This document shows, in pieces, positions 12,406 to 26,405 of a DNA stretch of 64,000 bases. The stretch spans positions 38,750,001 to 38,814,000 of the forward strand of contig JAGIQG010000014.1 of NCBI GenBank assembly GCA_024679065.1, given 5' to 3'. The notes under the pieces were generated by a model. It was not told where the DNA came from. It ran no database searches and saw only the letters and a list, made by a program, of their open reading frames with translations. The first letter of the stretch is position 1. Each line of letters begins with the position of its first letter. Position numbers and translations under genes: made by a program. The DNA is from Sphyrna mokarran (taxonomy: Eukaryota).

Positions 12406-13075
12406 CAAATAAATAAGGTTATGATGGTGTCGGCAGCTGGGTGGTATCCACCTTTGATGCAATCTGACTTTCCCAAAAGCGCTCCTTTAATTCTCCTCTT
12501 CTTCCAAAAACCATATCAAAGGAGGATTCTAATTGGCAACCTAATTGCGACAGTGTCATATACAAAGCAGTTGGCAAAACTGCTTGGCCAAAAGAAAGTG
12601 GAAATTGGAAATGTGTGTGTGTGTGTGTATTATGTAGGACTTAGTTCTGCTCTGGAAAAGTTAATAGAGACAACTTGTCTGGGAGTATTGAAAGATAAAA
12701 GGGGTAAAGGTGCTAAATGCAAACATGTGTAGTAAGAGACCATGGTGAAATGGATTTATATCAAAAAAGTTAGGTTTGAAAAAAAACGTTAGTAGATAGA
12801 GACTTGGCTATTTCTAAGGTAAGGAACCTTTATAACTTACAAATTTTTCAAAAGTAAACAAGGGAAAGTTATTATGTTTTATTTGACCTGAAAGGGAAGG
12901 CAATAGGAAAACATGAAAGATTTTTAAATTTTGGAGAAGTTGATTTCAAAGTAGTGCTGAGGACAATGGGATTGAAAATGAAAGGAGAAAAATGATATTT
13001 AAGGAATGATGTTCGACTAAATTTTGTTGAATATATGGAGAAGTTGCCCAGGGATCAACTCTATTCTGAGAGACA

Positions 13076-13235
13076 GGGTGGGATTTTCTGGCCAAGCTTG
13101 CCCAAAAACCAGAAAATCCTGTCAAAGGTCAACAAACTTTTACATAATCTGTGTCCCACCCATTGCAATTCCCACCTGTGGTCTGTTTTCCACCCGCTAT
13201 GATTCCCTTGGGGAAGGATGGGAAAATTCTGGCAA
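13076..13235. mobile_element. Short MITE (Harbinger-like family)
   Basis: GGGTGGGATTTTC...GAAAATTCTGGC termini; relatives at ~2403-2530, 7063-7200, 34470-34597 and 55120-55370. Confidence 0.55.
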
Positions 13236-13742
13236 AAGTGTAAAATGTGAAGCAGCCATCCAGAAACTAGACAAATGTTTCAGAAAGCAGTGTTATTTCT
13301 GAATTTTCTTGGGTTTCCACAACAAAGTGGAAGAGGGTGAGAAACAGCTTGATATACCTTTCCAGTAACCACAGATTTTGCTTTGATTTTTAATAGTTAA
13401 ACATTCGTAAGGGATTATTGTCTAGAAGGTGTTTATTTGTGTATTCTGATCAAGTAAGTTTTTTGGCTGGATGTTGTAAGGCAGTTTTGACTGTGTAACT
13501 TTGATCCTGCGTGCTTCAATTTTATTTTTTTCTTGTTACTAAATCTTTTAAATGTAAAATTCCAAAAACATTGCTAGAGTCCCATATTGCTAGGATCAGT
13601 GGTTCATTCGCTCATTTTCAAAATGTAAAAAATAGGTATGATCAGTAATGATGTGGAGATGCCTGCATTGGACTGGGGTAAACATAGTAAGAAGTCTCAC
13701 AACACCAGGTTAAAGTCCAATAGGCTTATTTGGTAGCACAAA

Positions 13743-13783
13743 CCACTAGCTTTTGGAGTGTTGCTCCTTCATCAGGTAAGTGG
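13743..13783 (-). ncRNA. Degenerate hammerhead motif (subfamily B)
   Basis: Reverse complement: CCAC-ttac-CTGATGA-A-GGAG-caaca-CTCC-AAAA-GC-TA-GTGG. GAAA is mutated to AAAA, so it is probably inactive. Confidence 0.65.
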
Positions 13784-15335
13784 GAGTTCTGTTCACAAAC
13801 AGGGTATATAAAGACACAAACTCAATTTACAAAATAATGGTTAGCGTGTGAGTCTTTACAGGTAATCAAGTCTTCAAGGTACAGACAACGTGAGTGGAGA
13901 GAGGGTTAAGAACAATTTAAAGAGATGTATATTGTCTCCAGCCAGGACAGTTAATGAGATTTTGCAAGTCCAGGCAAGTTGTGGGGTTACAGGTAGCGTG
14001 ACATGAATCCAAGATCCTGGTTGAGGCCGTCTTCATGTGTGCCAAACTTGGTTATCAGTCTCTGCGTTGTCATGTGTTATGAAAGCCGCCTTGGAGAATG
14101 CTTACCCTAAGATCAGAAGCTGAATCCTTGTGACCGCTGAACTGCTCCTCAACAGGAAGAGAACACTTTTGCCTGATGATTGTCGGGCGGTGTTCATTCA
14201 TCCATTGTTGTAGCATCTGCATAGTCTCCCTGCAAGCCCACGGACAACTCCGTGATGCTCCACTTCTCCAGCTTCCACCCTAAACACATATTAAAGAAGC
14301 TGTTCCATACGGACAAGCCCTCTGTATACACAAAATCTGCTCAAATGAAGAGGATCATAATAGACACCGCCAAATGTTGAAAAATGCCCTCACAAGAATA
14401 AGATATGGTGCTCGACTCATCGATCGATAGTTCTGATGCATCACACTGAAAAACTGCACCAATCTCCTCAGAAGACAAATATGGGACATAGCGGACAGAG
14501 TACCAGTCATCGTTCAGTATTTCTCCGGAGTGGAGAAGCTACGACATCTTCTCTGGAGCCTTCAACATGTCATTGACGAAGGCGAACATCTCACCATGGC
14601 CATCCCCACACCTCCACTTTTTACCTTCAAACAACCACACAACCTCAATCAGACCATCATCTGCAGCAAACTAGCCAGCCTTCAGGAGAACAGTAACCAT
14701 GACACGACACAACCCTGCCACAGCAACTCTGCAAGATGTACCAGATCATCAACACGAATGCTATGACCTCAAGTGAGAAACCATTCACCAGGTACACGGT
14801 ACATACACTTGCAACTCTGCCAACGTTGTCTACCTGATATGCTGCAGGAAAGAATGTCCCGAGGCACAGTACATTGGGGAGACCATGCAGAAGCTATGAC
14901 AACAGATGAATGAACAGTGCTCAACAATCACCAGGCAAGATTGTTCTCTTCCTGTTGGGGAACACTTCAATGGTCATGAGCATTCAGTTTCTGATTGTTG
15001 GATAAGCGTTATCCAAGGTGGCCTTCACGACACACGATACAGCAGAGTTGCTGAGCAGAGACTGATAGCCAAGTTCCATACACATGAGGATGGCCTCAAC
15101 CGGGATCTTGGGTTCATGCAACACTATCTGTAACCCCCCCAACTTGTCCGGGCTTGCAAAATCTCACTAACTGTCCTGGCTGGAGACAGTACACACCTCT
15201 TTAACCTGTGCTTAACCCTCTCTCCACTCACATTGTCTGTATCTTTAAGACTTGATTACCTGTAAAGACTCGCATTCCAACCATGATTTTGTAAATTGAG
15301 TTTGTCTTCATATGCACTGTTTGTTAACAGAACTC

Positions 15336-15376
15336 CCACTTATCTGATGAAGGAGTAGCACTTCAAAAACTAGTGG
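15336..15376 (+). ncRNA. Degenerate hammerhead motif (subfamily B)
   Basis: CCAC-ttat-CTGATGA-A-GGAG-tagca-CTTC-AAAA-AC-TA-GTGG; the core is mutated. Confidence 0.55.
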
Positions 15377-17437
15377 CTTGTGCTGCCAAATAAGCCTGTT
15401 GGACTTTAACTTGGTGTTGTGAAACTTTTTACTATGATCAATAAGACAGGTTTCTCTCTGGGATTTGTCTTTCTCAGCGAAGAACCACAGCAGATGTTAT
15501 AACATTACATTCTTGGTGTCCTTTACTTTTTTTTCCCTCTAGATTCACTTTTGCTCTTGTCTCGAACTTCTTGTATAGGCAAGTCCCATCATCTCTCTCT
15601 GACTCTCTTGAGCTGCTGAGATATTCAGCCAACATCAAGAATGCTAATGAATCAGAAGATTTTTGAATTTAATTCTGCTAATTTATTACATAGTCTGCTT
15701 TACACTTTCTTGTCTGTGACAGAATGACTTTCCATTAAACTTTGCCATGAACCTTAACTTTCAAACAGATCATGTTAAGAGCCCCATTGATGTTCAGTGG
15801 AAGGACTTCCGAAACTCCAAACACAAACCTTGGAATCTATTTTTGCGATTTGGGGAAAAAATTGAGAAAAGAAATGAAATCCAGTAAGGAAAGACATCAG
15901 CCTTGTTTTAAATTATTTAAATAACAAAATATTTATTCATTTTTGAAACATAGAGCAAAAAAGACAACAGTTCAGGACAGCATTTATAATTAACTGCAAT
16001 AATAATTACTTAAATAAATATACTTAAATAAATCCCCAATCTAAATCTGCCTACCTTCCTAAACTCAGAATACACTTTCCCCAAAACAGCTTCCCATAAA
16101 TTTTAGCACTATGAGACACATCCAGTGAATAATTAACCACATAGGACGTATAGCTTCCTTTTGAGAAACTTTTCTTCTACTTTAGAGTCGAAGTTGCGGG
16201 CTCTGGCATCGACAGACTTCTGGTTTTTTTTTTTGCACAACAATTTGATTCCCAGAAAGAGCTCTGCTTTGCAACTGGGTGTGGCCATGATCAAGGTCTC
16301 TAGATAGTGGGTTTCCACTTTGCTTAATGCTATATCTGTTTCAGCCTGCCATTAGCCTACTCTGCATCCCACAAGTCCTGAGTGCAGCCAAGTTTTGATC
16401 AGTTTCTTTTTAATTAATTCTTTATTTATATTTCATTTCCAACTTTTCAATGCACTAAATAGTGAAGAATAAATGAATAGTATGAGTAACAAATAGTTAT
16501 TAGGTTTAGTTTACTTCTCTTGGAAGACATAAGCTTTATTCTTAAAAATTTGGCATTTTCTTGATCCCACCATTGTTGAATCTTATTTTGCTTGAAAATT
16601 TGATACAGAGGCTGGATTTTCACAAAGTTGGGATATCTCGGGTGCTCTTTAAAAATGACAGGCAGCTCAGAATTCTGAATTCCCAACACCAATCCTGGGC
16701 TTCTGATTTTCAGGATTTTGTCAACAAAAAAATCTGAATGGAAAACTGTACATGTATTTGATGGGCAAAAGATAGTGGGAGGGTATCTTGTGAGTTTTTG
16801 CAATTGGTATATCCAATTTATTCTTCTCACACACAATATATCAACATATGTACCTTACAATCACTGGGCTGAGCAGCAGAGGCAGATTACACAAATATCA
16901 AGAAGAGAAAAGAAAATACATTAGTTGCTGTGAGACGTTTTTACTCACATGCCTATTGTAAATTGGAGATCTGACAAAATTCTTTCCCCCAAAAGCTCAT
17001 AAATCTTTGGAACTCTTTCTGAAAAGGCAGTGGAAGCAAAGTCTTTGAATGTTTTTTAAGGCAGAGATAGATTTTTATTAAGTAAGGGAGTGATGGGTTT
17101 TCAGGGGTAGGTGGGATGCAGATTTGAAGTTACAATCGGATCAGCCATAATCTTATTAAATGGTGAAGCAGGCTTGAGAGGCTGAATGGCCTACTCTTGT
17201 TCCTTGTTCGTATATTGGAGTTGTTTCCTATGCAACTATCTACAATGTTTGGCAACGTTTCTTGTAATTTGCCCAAACCAATCACTTATTGAACCAAATT
17301 TGTGCAGCATGCTATAAACTATGGTAAATCTGGTGCCCCAAATCCTCCAAATATTTTCTGTAGCTCTCAGAAATGATCAATATCTGTTCTGTTACAATAG
17401 TATCTAACTCTCATATATATCAAAGGTAATTTTTCAA

Positions 17438-17544
17438 TCCACCCTAAACACATTAAAGAAGCTGTTCCATACGGACAAGCCATACGGACACAAGGTCTGC
17501 TCAAATGAAGAGGATCCCAATAGACACCGCCAAATGCTGAAAAT
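17438..17544 (+). repeat. Isolated internal PLE fragment, apparent copy of 14274-14385
   Basis: Shares GCTGTTCCATACGGACAAGC, TCAAATGAAGAGGATC and TAGACACCGCCAAATG with 14274-14385; no PLE termini. Confidence 0.8.
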
Positions 17545-19379
17545 CTTGTGGTCCAGATGGGGAGCCAATTTACCAATGAGCATAAGTCAGAGAAACAAGT
17601 CTGGAATGTTGGGATTGAGGAACTATCTTCTTTGTGACCTTTTTTGATCATGAGTTCTGAGTGTCCAGTTTCTTCAGTGAATTCTTTTCATCTGTACTCT
17701 ATAAGGTATTGTTAATTTTGATTTTTATAAATAATCGTTATGTGCAAAGAGAGGTATCTCTGATACGATATTGAAATAATGGTACACCATAATTCACTCA
17801 GACACACTGTTCAAATAGTTGTTAAAGGCATAATAGAAGCTTTCTAAACAATATGTGGAGCTAAATAAATATTAGTAGTTTAGAATATAAGCAGATGTTC
17901 CATTAAGTTTAGGAATACAAGATGAATTATTCAGTCCATTTATACAAGGTCATTCAACTGAAATCCATCATTTCAGTCTCTGGTTGCCAAGTTGATTTGC
18001 AATGCTAACAAGAAACAACTAACATTAATATATCTCCTAATAGGAAATGAATGTATGTAAACTGCAAAAGGAGAATTTAATGCCCTCCCCTGAGGCAAGT
18101 TTGGAGGCAGGATAATACCAGGTAGAGAGTCTCCTGCCGTCCCACCTCTATCTGCCCCAATTAAGTCAGAGGTGGGAAGCTTGTGAATGTCCTTCTTCTC
18201 CACCAATTGAGGCTTTTAAGTGGACAATTAATGCTCACTTAAGAATGTTATTCTGATGGCATTGGCATTTAGCCAGCAGTGAGTAGCACAGTCCCAATGC
18301 AGGGAGCCAGAAAAGCAAAACCTAGGATATTTGCTTGCAGTTTTCAGGGTCATGATGGGAGACTTTTTGTCAGGTACTCAGCACCTGATTCATCTTTGTT
18401 CTTGGCCTGTCTGTAGGCTATGAGATGGTAGATTACATCAATTATCCTCCAAACTTTTCTACTATCATCTATCTGGATAGGATTGTACATGCCTGATTTC
18501 ATTCTTATTTATCTAATCATAACCACCTACAATTTACCCCTATTGTCTGCAATTATCTATTTCTAATATCTTTATTTTCTGCATCCTAAGTGCCATTATC
18601 CAAAAACACAAGATCAGTATCCACACATAAACTTAAAAATAAACAATACTTCACCATTGCCTCTTCTTTAAACCATGGTGTTTGTAAACTTGGTATCACA
18701 TTTGATTGTGAGATGAATTTTCAGTGACATATTGGTGCCACACTCAAACTATAGGGGCAATCTTACCAAAAGAATTCTAACAGTCAAGCAACAGTAAAAA
18801 TGGAAGAGAATTGTACTTACTATTTGGCGGGATTTCAGATATGATCTTATGCTACTTAGTGCAAAAGTGAGGTAAAGTGTGATTCCCACCAGTAGGAGAA
18901 GTGGATTGAGTCTATTCTTACCAGAAAGCCAGTTGATGACAACTAGATTGTGCTACTGTACATGTGCCTCAATTTCACAGTATTCTGTGTACAAGTGTAC
19001 AGAATACAGTGAGAGATCTATCACCCTCTTTAATACTCCCCTCCCTCCCGAGAAGTCACCCCCACATCACTCCCAGGCATTGCCCCTCCAGTCTCTGGCC
19101 TCTGGCCCAGCACTGGCCTCCCCAGCCAATTGCTGTCCTTGTGCCCCTGCACCCACAATCGATCCCTATCCTGATACTCTCTTTGGTTGATTGCTGCCCT
19201 GATTGATCCAAGATTGCTGAGTGCACAGCTGTCCCCTCACATCATTTTATTCACCTCTCCTTAGGCCTCAACTCTTGGCACTGCCTGGTGCTGTGTGGGC
19301 AATGTCAGTATGCTCAATGGAAAGAGTCAGACTGGCAATGCCAGCTTTGCCTAACTTTACCCATGCCTCAGTTTGTCTG

Positions 19380-19915
19380 CTGTTGAAAATTTTACTCATG
19401 ACTTTGCTGCCTCTCACCTTGATTATTCCAAAGCAATCCTGCCCAGTCTTCCACATTCTTCACTTTACAAACTTGAGGCCTTCCAATACTCATTCCAAAT
19501 GCCGTTTATCCTTCATTCCTATGCTCACTGATCCACACTGACTCCTGGTTAAGCAATGCCTCAATTTGGTTGTAAATCCCTCCATGGCCTCATCCTCTCC
19601 TTATCTCTGTAATCCCCTTCAGCCCAGCAAACTCTGAAATATCTACCCTCCTCTAACCCTGTCTCTGATTTTAAATCCTTGAGAATGCCTGATCGCGAAG
19701 CTTTGCAACTTCTTCTACAAACTTCATTTTTCCACCTTGCTGTCCTCCTTTTAAAACACTCCTTGGAAGTTACCTGTCAAAGTCTGATTTTTCTTTGTAA
19801 TCTTCCCTAATATCTCCTTATTTGGTTCAAAATCATGTTTAATTTGAAAATGCTTCCAAGAGATATCTTGGAGCATTTTATCATTTTAATGGTGCTAATA
19901 AAGTGTAAGTTGTTA
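19380..19915 (+). mobile_element. L2-clade LINE 3' end
   Basis: Homologous to 55370-55990; ends ...GTGCTAATAAAGTGTAAGTTGTT. Confidence 0.6.
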
Positions 19916-22734
19916 TGTCAATCACAAGGTTAACTCTGACCATTTCCTTGTAATGTACGCAATTCCCTTTCGATTCCCAAATTGAAAAAGGCCACTTCTA
20001 AGTAAAAAAAAAGCCATTGGCATTGTTGCACAATGTTAATGGTCATGAAAGTTCCCAATAGTTGAGAATATGAGCCACAGAATAATCAGGGAACCAAGTG
20101 CTTTGTAAAAAGAATGCTTAAGTATGGAAATTAATGTACGTGCATATTGTCAGAGGGGAAAGGTGCTGCTTATTTTTAGTTTTGTTTCACCTCCAGGAGG
20201 CTCCGCCTTTGATGCTAAGCTAAGAAATTATAATATGCCAATACTTAATTAGTCATTGCTTATCTAGTCAAATAAACAAGGTGAGCCAAGCATCACAGGT
20301 ATGCAAAATGCAATAAATACAATGTATGCGGATTTATGGCAAGCATTGCAATTCCAGAAAGTCATTTCTAAGGCAAAAATAGAGCATTCACATAGCACAC
20401 GGTCCAATGCTGCAACTAAGACAATGGGCGCAAATACATCAGGTTGGGGATGGATTCCCCACTTTTTTTAAAACCACCTTTTCCCTCTAATGGTGTAGTG
20501 TGTGTGGAGTTCATTGCTGCTGCACTTTCAGTTTCCTGTTGCAGGACAAAATTGCACATGATGCCTATGAAAGACGAAGGGCAGAAAACTGTATCCTTGA
20601 TATCAAAAATGTCACCTGTTATTGTTATGAGCCCCACTGATATTAAACATGAGGGTATGCCAAAACCCATAAGGTTAACTTGAAACATGGGTTCTTAGTG
20701 GTGTAAATTTTTAATTTGGTATAATGTGTGAAAGATGTGTAAAACAGAAAGGAAAGTTCCAATCTTGTTGTGATCAATTAAAAAAGAATATTTATAAACT
20801 TAAAAGAAAACATCTCACAAGAAAGATTATAAGACTCTACAACAGCACATTAAACTATTAAACTATTAACATTAATATTTACGCCTGCAGTATCTCATCA
20901 AGTCACCCTTTGTTCCCAACTACCTAAGTTTCCTAAACTCTGAAATATTCATTTATTTTTACCAAACAGCATCCAATATTATCCAATAATAGTCCAGCAT
21001 ATGATAACCACTCCCACATGTTATTTGCCAGGTTTGGGAAAACTGTCTTCAGTATTCAGCATAGAGATCTTTCCCTGTTCGAATTTTGTTTTTAAATGGC
21101 AACCTGTCAAAAACACCTTTATTCTGGGAGAGCCTGCTTTCTGGAAATGGGTACGGTTATCATGCTAGCTGCTTCTCTACACTCTTTTCCAGTTGTCTTT
21201 CCATGGTTATATTGCTTTGTGCCTTTGATGTTACCCACACTGTGGACCACTTTTAGCATGTAAATACTGATTTCCTTAACTCCACACTTTGAAATCATCT
21301 CTTCTATACATCATTGTTCTCCCATAGTCACTTAGGTATACACTATTTCACATCTCAAAAACGTCCCTTCAAACAGCTGTATGTATCAGTTCTCCTTTTA
21401 TCCCATTTCCTTATTTTATTTTTATCCTAGTTTCATTTTTAAATCTTGATTTCCCTCAATTCTTAGCAATTATGAAACACAGACTGTAAAAGATACTCAA
21501 GCTGTGGGAAATTGTGCAATTGGTTTCATGAGGAGGGAAATGCCCAGACCATGTGTATGTATATATATTCTTATTTAGGAATGTTGGCTATTTTGTAGAC
21601 TAATAAACGTTAGGCATACCAAGCAATTGCTCTACCACTTCAGTAATGTGAGACTTGATGCAGGATTTGAATGAATAGACAAGAGGTGGCAAACATCCTT
21701 TAGTCAAGGAAATGGCATGCTAGACTAAAAGGGTCAAGCAAGAACGAAATTTCCAAAACAGAGCAGCATGCTAATTATTCAACACACATCTAAACTCACA
21801 TATTAATGCCTTTCTACTCTAAAACATAGTAATCCAATTTTTAGGTGAATATTTAAAAAGCTTTTAGTTTTGTTTCTGTGCATGTATTAACATTTTCAGA
21901 AATGTGATTTGAATCAAATATATTGATGTCCATTATCTTTTCAGACATAATAACATTTTAAATTATGCATAACATTCCTGTTATTAAATTTAACAGGTGG
22001 CTGCACAGTTCAGAAGGGTTGTCCTGTACAGCCAAATTGCTTCAGCAAATAGCAGCAAGTCTATAATGTGCATCAGCAAATGAATTGGAAAATAAATAGT
22101 CTTTGAAGAAGTGAGAAACTATTGAATCGTTCTGTGATTATCTTATAATTGAGATCATTGAAAAGTGTGGTGGTCCATTCTCCCATTTGGTCTCTTTCCT
22201 CCTGTGGCACATTGACATCAATTGATACAGTAAGATTTTTTTCAACTCCACCCTTACTGTGGTTGTCTGAAGCTGTGCAACCATTATTCAAATAATATGA
22301 ATGTTAATAAGGTAACATTCAAAGGTAGAAATAACCCATGATTTGATGAAGTACAAACCTAAGGAGCTGAATAAGCTCGTACTATTCCTCTGCTCCCATT
22401 GATAGCGCTGCATGATAAAACCAAAAATTAAAATCCTGGATCAGTGGGGTGTATACCAAACTGTGTCACTATTTGCACAGGCTGAAAGCTTTCTTTAGAC
22501 GTTACCGACGTCACTGACATCACAAAAGCCCACATGGTACTGTGGCATAATATATATAATCTTTGAATACAACTTCATATTGAACTTGTAATTTTGTTGC
22601 TCAATATCTTAATTCATTGTATATCCATATGCAGATGCCTATGTTAGCAGCAATATAAGATGAGAAAGGGAACTATTGATTGAAGGAAAGTGAATTGTAC
22701 ACATTGAGAATGGAAGATAAGCAAAGTGAATATG

Positions 22735-23088
22735 GAGACGGTGACACAGTAGCAAAACAGTTAGCACTGCTACCTCACAGATCCAATGATCTAGGTTCAA
22801 TTCCAGCCATGGGTGACTGTGTAGAGTTTCACATTCTCCCATGTCCGCGTAGTTTTTCTCCAGGTGCTCTGGTTTCCTCCAAAGATATGCAGGTTAGGTG
22901 GATTAGCCATGCTAAGTTGCCCCTTAGTGTCCCAAGATGTGTAGGTTAGGTGAATTAGTCATGGTAAATATGGTTACAGAGATGGGCCGGAAAGAGGGCC
23001 TGGGTAAGATATCTGTCAGCGAGTCAGTGCAGTCTTGATGGGCCAAATGACTCTTTCAGCACTGTAGAGATTTTATGCTTCTATGATT
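22735..23088 (+). mobile_element. HE1-like SINE, full length
   Basis: tRNA head, core GATATGCAGGTTAGGTGGATTAGCCATGCTAA and CR1-like tail. Confidence 0.85.
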
Positions 23089-24323
23089 GGGTCAGGTGGC
23101 TCATGGGAAGAGACGTAGATTCAGACTTGGGCCCAAATGACATGTTTTTATGCTATACAATTCTGTGATTCTATACAATGCAAGTAAATGCATACTCAGG
23201 TAATTTTTTGATATGCTAAAATTATATTTTGGAAAACTATGAATCAGAATTATTAGCAGCCAGTGAATTGAATTTGATATTTTTGAGCTTTTGCAGAGAT
23301 ACTTTCCTTTAGTTCAAAGGTCAGTTTTAAATCAATAAATTATACCAACATAAAACAATTATGTTTAAGTTAATAGCCCAATGATGTATTTACCTCAGCT
23401 TTATTAAGATAATCTGTTGTTAAGAATAGTCTGATATCTTTGTGCAAATAGTATAAGAGGAATGTGATTTAGTGTGACAAATTGTTATAAAAACGGAAGC
23501 TCACAGATAACTCTCCTTGTTAATTTGTAGCATTGTCAATAGTGCCTCATTTTGTTATGCAGAATTTTTCACAAGCACCACTTGTAAAACTGGCCTAAAA
23601 TTTTAATCTCTTTTTGGAAAACCTATTCTAATAATGCAGTGAAAACATGTATTGAAAAATTAGTCCATAGAAACATATATCCCAGATTTTGCTGAATTTA
23701 ATGGTGCTGCCCATTATTAATATTTAATTTATTCATCAATTTATGACAATAATAAGCTGTCTTCTGAATTGTAAACTATCACAAGTTGCTAAATGATTTG
23801 CGCTGTTCTGCCAAATGGTGAAAATGACAGCTTGTCCCCAACCTCCTCATTGCTTTCACAAAGTTGCTGCATAAAAAAAATTGCAAACTCGCAGCAGAAA
23901 GTTAGAGCTGCTACTCAACCGAGTGAATGCATTTTAATGAGGAATTTTAGGATCTATGACTCAGAAAGGGAGCAATGCAATCTGTGGAAACTCATTCTTA
24001 CATATGACAAATTTGTTGTTAGAATTTTTTTTGGTTTGAATTTAAATGCCAATGAATCATTGAATCTTCCACTACAGAAGATCTTTTGGGCCCCAACTAG
24101 CTCTTTGAAACAATAATCTAATTTAGTCTCATGTTTCAATTTATTCCCCATATTCCAGCAAATTAATCCCCTTCAAGTGTTCACTTAATTGCCATTTGAA
24201 AGTTCCAATGGAAGCTGATTCCACCACCCAGTCAGATAATGCATGCCAAATCTGTGTGAAGAAGTTTCTCATTTTCTTTAGAGTCCATTGGCCAAATATT
24301 TTAAATCTATGACGTCTGATTAC

Positions 24324-24925
24324 TGGAGACCACGCAGATACTACGACAACGAATGAATGAACACTGCTTGATAATCACTATGCAGGAGTGTTCACTTCCT
24401 GTTGGAGAACACTTCAGCAGTCACAGGCATTCAGCCTCTGATCTTTGGGTAAATGTTCTCCAAGGCGGCCTTCGCATCATATGACAATGCAGAATGACTG
24501 AGCAGAAACTGACAGCCAAGTTCTACACACATTAGGATGGCCTCAATTAGGATTTTGGGTTCATGTCACACTACCTTTAACCCCACGATTTGCCTAGGCT
24601 TGTAAAATCTCACTAACTATTCTGGCTGGAGACAATACATATCTCTTTAACCTGTGCTTGGCCCTCTCTCCACTCACATTGTTTGTACCTTTAAGACTTG
24701 ATTACCTGCAAAGACTCGTATTCTAACCATTATCTTGTAAATTAAGTTTATATATGTATAAACTTAATAATATGTATGCCCTGTTTGTAAATACAACTCC
24801 TCATCTGAAGAAGGAGCGAGACTTTAAAAGCCTGTGATACTAAATAAACCTGTTGGACTTAAACCTGATGTTATGAGATTTCTTATTGTGCTTACCCCAG
24901 TCCAATGCCAGCATCTCCACATCAT
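24324..24925 (+). mobile_element. PLE 3' fragment (subfamily B) with full tail and no inverted arm, inserted in a CR1 remnant
   Basis: GIY-YIG C-terminal remnant, 3' UTR, decayed hammerhead at 24801-24837 and tail ...CCCCAGTCCAATGCCAGCATCTCCACATCAT. TACTG occurs at both junctions. Confidence 0.9.
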
Positions 24926-25259
24926 ACTGATCTACTTATCAGAGGAAATAGTTTCTCCCTGCTTGTTTTAACAAAAACCTACAGAATTATTAGACCTCCC
25001 TTTTCTTTCTCCTCCAAGGAGAATGATCCCAGATTCTCCACTCTCTCCACATAATTGAACAGTCTCATCCTTACATTCTCATGTCTGTCTGTACCTCCTG
25101 CAGACCTTTGACCTCCTTCCTACCAACTGGTGCTGGATTTACACAAAACACATCAGCTGAGACCTAACCAAACACAGGTAAGGGTTTAGTGTGAATTGCA
25201 TATTTTGTATTCACTGCCCCTGAACTGCCTTCTCAACTTGCCCTGCCACCAAAACTGAT

Positions 25260-25940
25260 ATGACTATCTGTGAATAAGATAGATGAGCTGAGAGTGAAGG
25301 TAGATTCTCAGAAGGATGTTATCATAGCTATATGTGGCTTAAAATAGGGCAGGAAAGACAGCTCACCATTCCTGATTTCAGGATTTTCAATACAATAAAC
25401 AGAGAGATTGAAAGCAAACGGAGAGGAACACAATAATAGTTAAAGAAAAATTGCACCTGAGAGGGGAAGTGACATGCTGAAAGGGCCATCAAATAAGATC
25501 ACGTGGATTGAACTGAGAAACCAAAAAAGGGAAATGACACCCCTGACTCCAGACAGTCAGAGGGAGTTGGAAGACCAAATATGCAAGCAAAATGCTGAAA
25601 ACTCCCAAACAAGAAGGGCACAGAAGGTGTGGAGAGAGTGGATTTCAAGCACTCTAATATTAACTGTGATAAATTCATTGCAAAATGTACAGAATGGAGA
25701 ATGCATATAAAAAATTCAAGAGAACATTCTTTGCTGGTACATAGAACATCCAACAGGATAAGGTACAGTTCTGGAATGAATTTGGGGAATAAGTCAAGTT
25801 GATGAGAATAGCATGTTTGATGTAGTTTACATGGATTTAGCAAGGCATTTGACAAGGTCCACAATGACAGACTGTTCAATGAGTTAAAAGATCATGAGAT
25901 CCATGGAAAAGTGGAACATTGGACACAAAATTGACTGCAA
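25260..25940 (+). mobile_element. Decayed CR1 ORF2 fragments (EN and RT)
   Basis: WIELRNQK.. and FDVVYMDL.KAFDKV-like remnants. Confidence 0.7.
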
Positions 25941-26004
25941 ACTTCTAAGTTTTATGTATCATAAGAGAAACATTGGTTCTTAACACTTATTACAACATTA
26001 AACA

Positions 26005-26405
26005 AATGTTTTCAATTCATGTAGGATGCGGACATCACTTACAATGTCAGCATTTATTACTTATCTTTCATTGCCCTTGAAAAGATGGTGGTATGGCACA
26101 TTCTGAAATACAACTGAATGGCTTGCTTGGTCATTTGAGGGCAATTAAGAACATACCAAAGAACTGCAGATCTGGTGTCACAAAAAGCTATGTCCTCAAA
26201 AGGAAATTAGAGAACCAGATACATTGCTACAATAATCTCGTAGTCTTATGGTCATCATTATTGACATTAACATTCCTTTCCAGATTTATCTGGAAACTGA
26301 ATTTAAATTCTCCAGCTGCGTGGTGGAATTTGAACTCATGTCTCTGGATCATTACTCTAATTGCCTGGATTACTAGTTGGGTAACATAACCATGATGTTA
26401 CCATT
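26005..26405 (-). mobile_element. SacSINE/Deu-type SINE remnant
   Basis: Similar to 63200-63545. Confidence 0.55.

Larger units (their letters stand above)
13649..15432 (+). mobile_element. Degenerate PLE with inverted arm (subfamily B)
   Basis: Inverted arm 13649-14230 carries the full tail; the sense part 14231-15436 has decayed thumb and GIY-YIG coding sequence (...AEQRLIAKFHTHEDGLNRDLGFMQHYL). TSD TATGATCAGTAA 13637-13648 / TATGATCAATAA 15433-15444. Confidence 0.92.
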
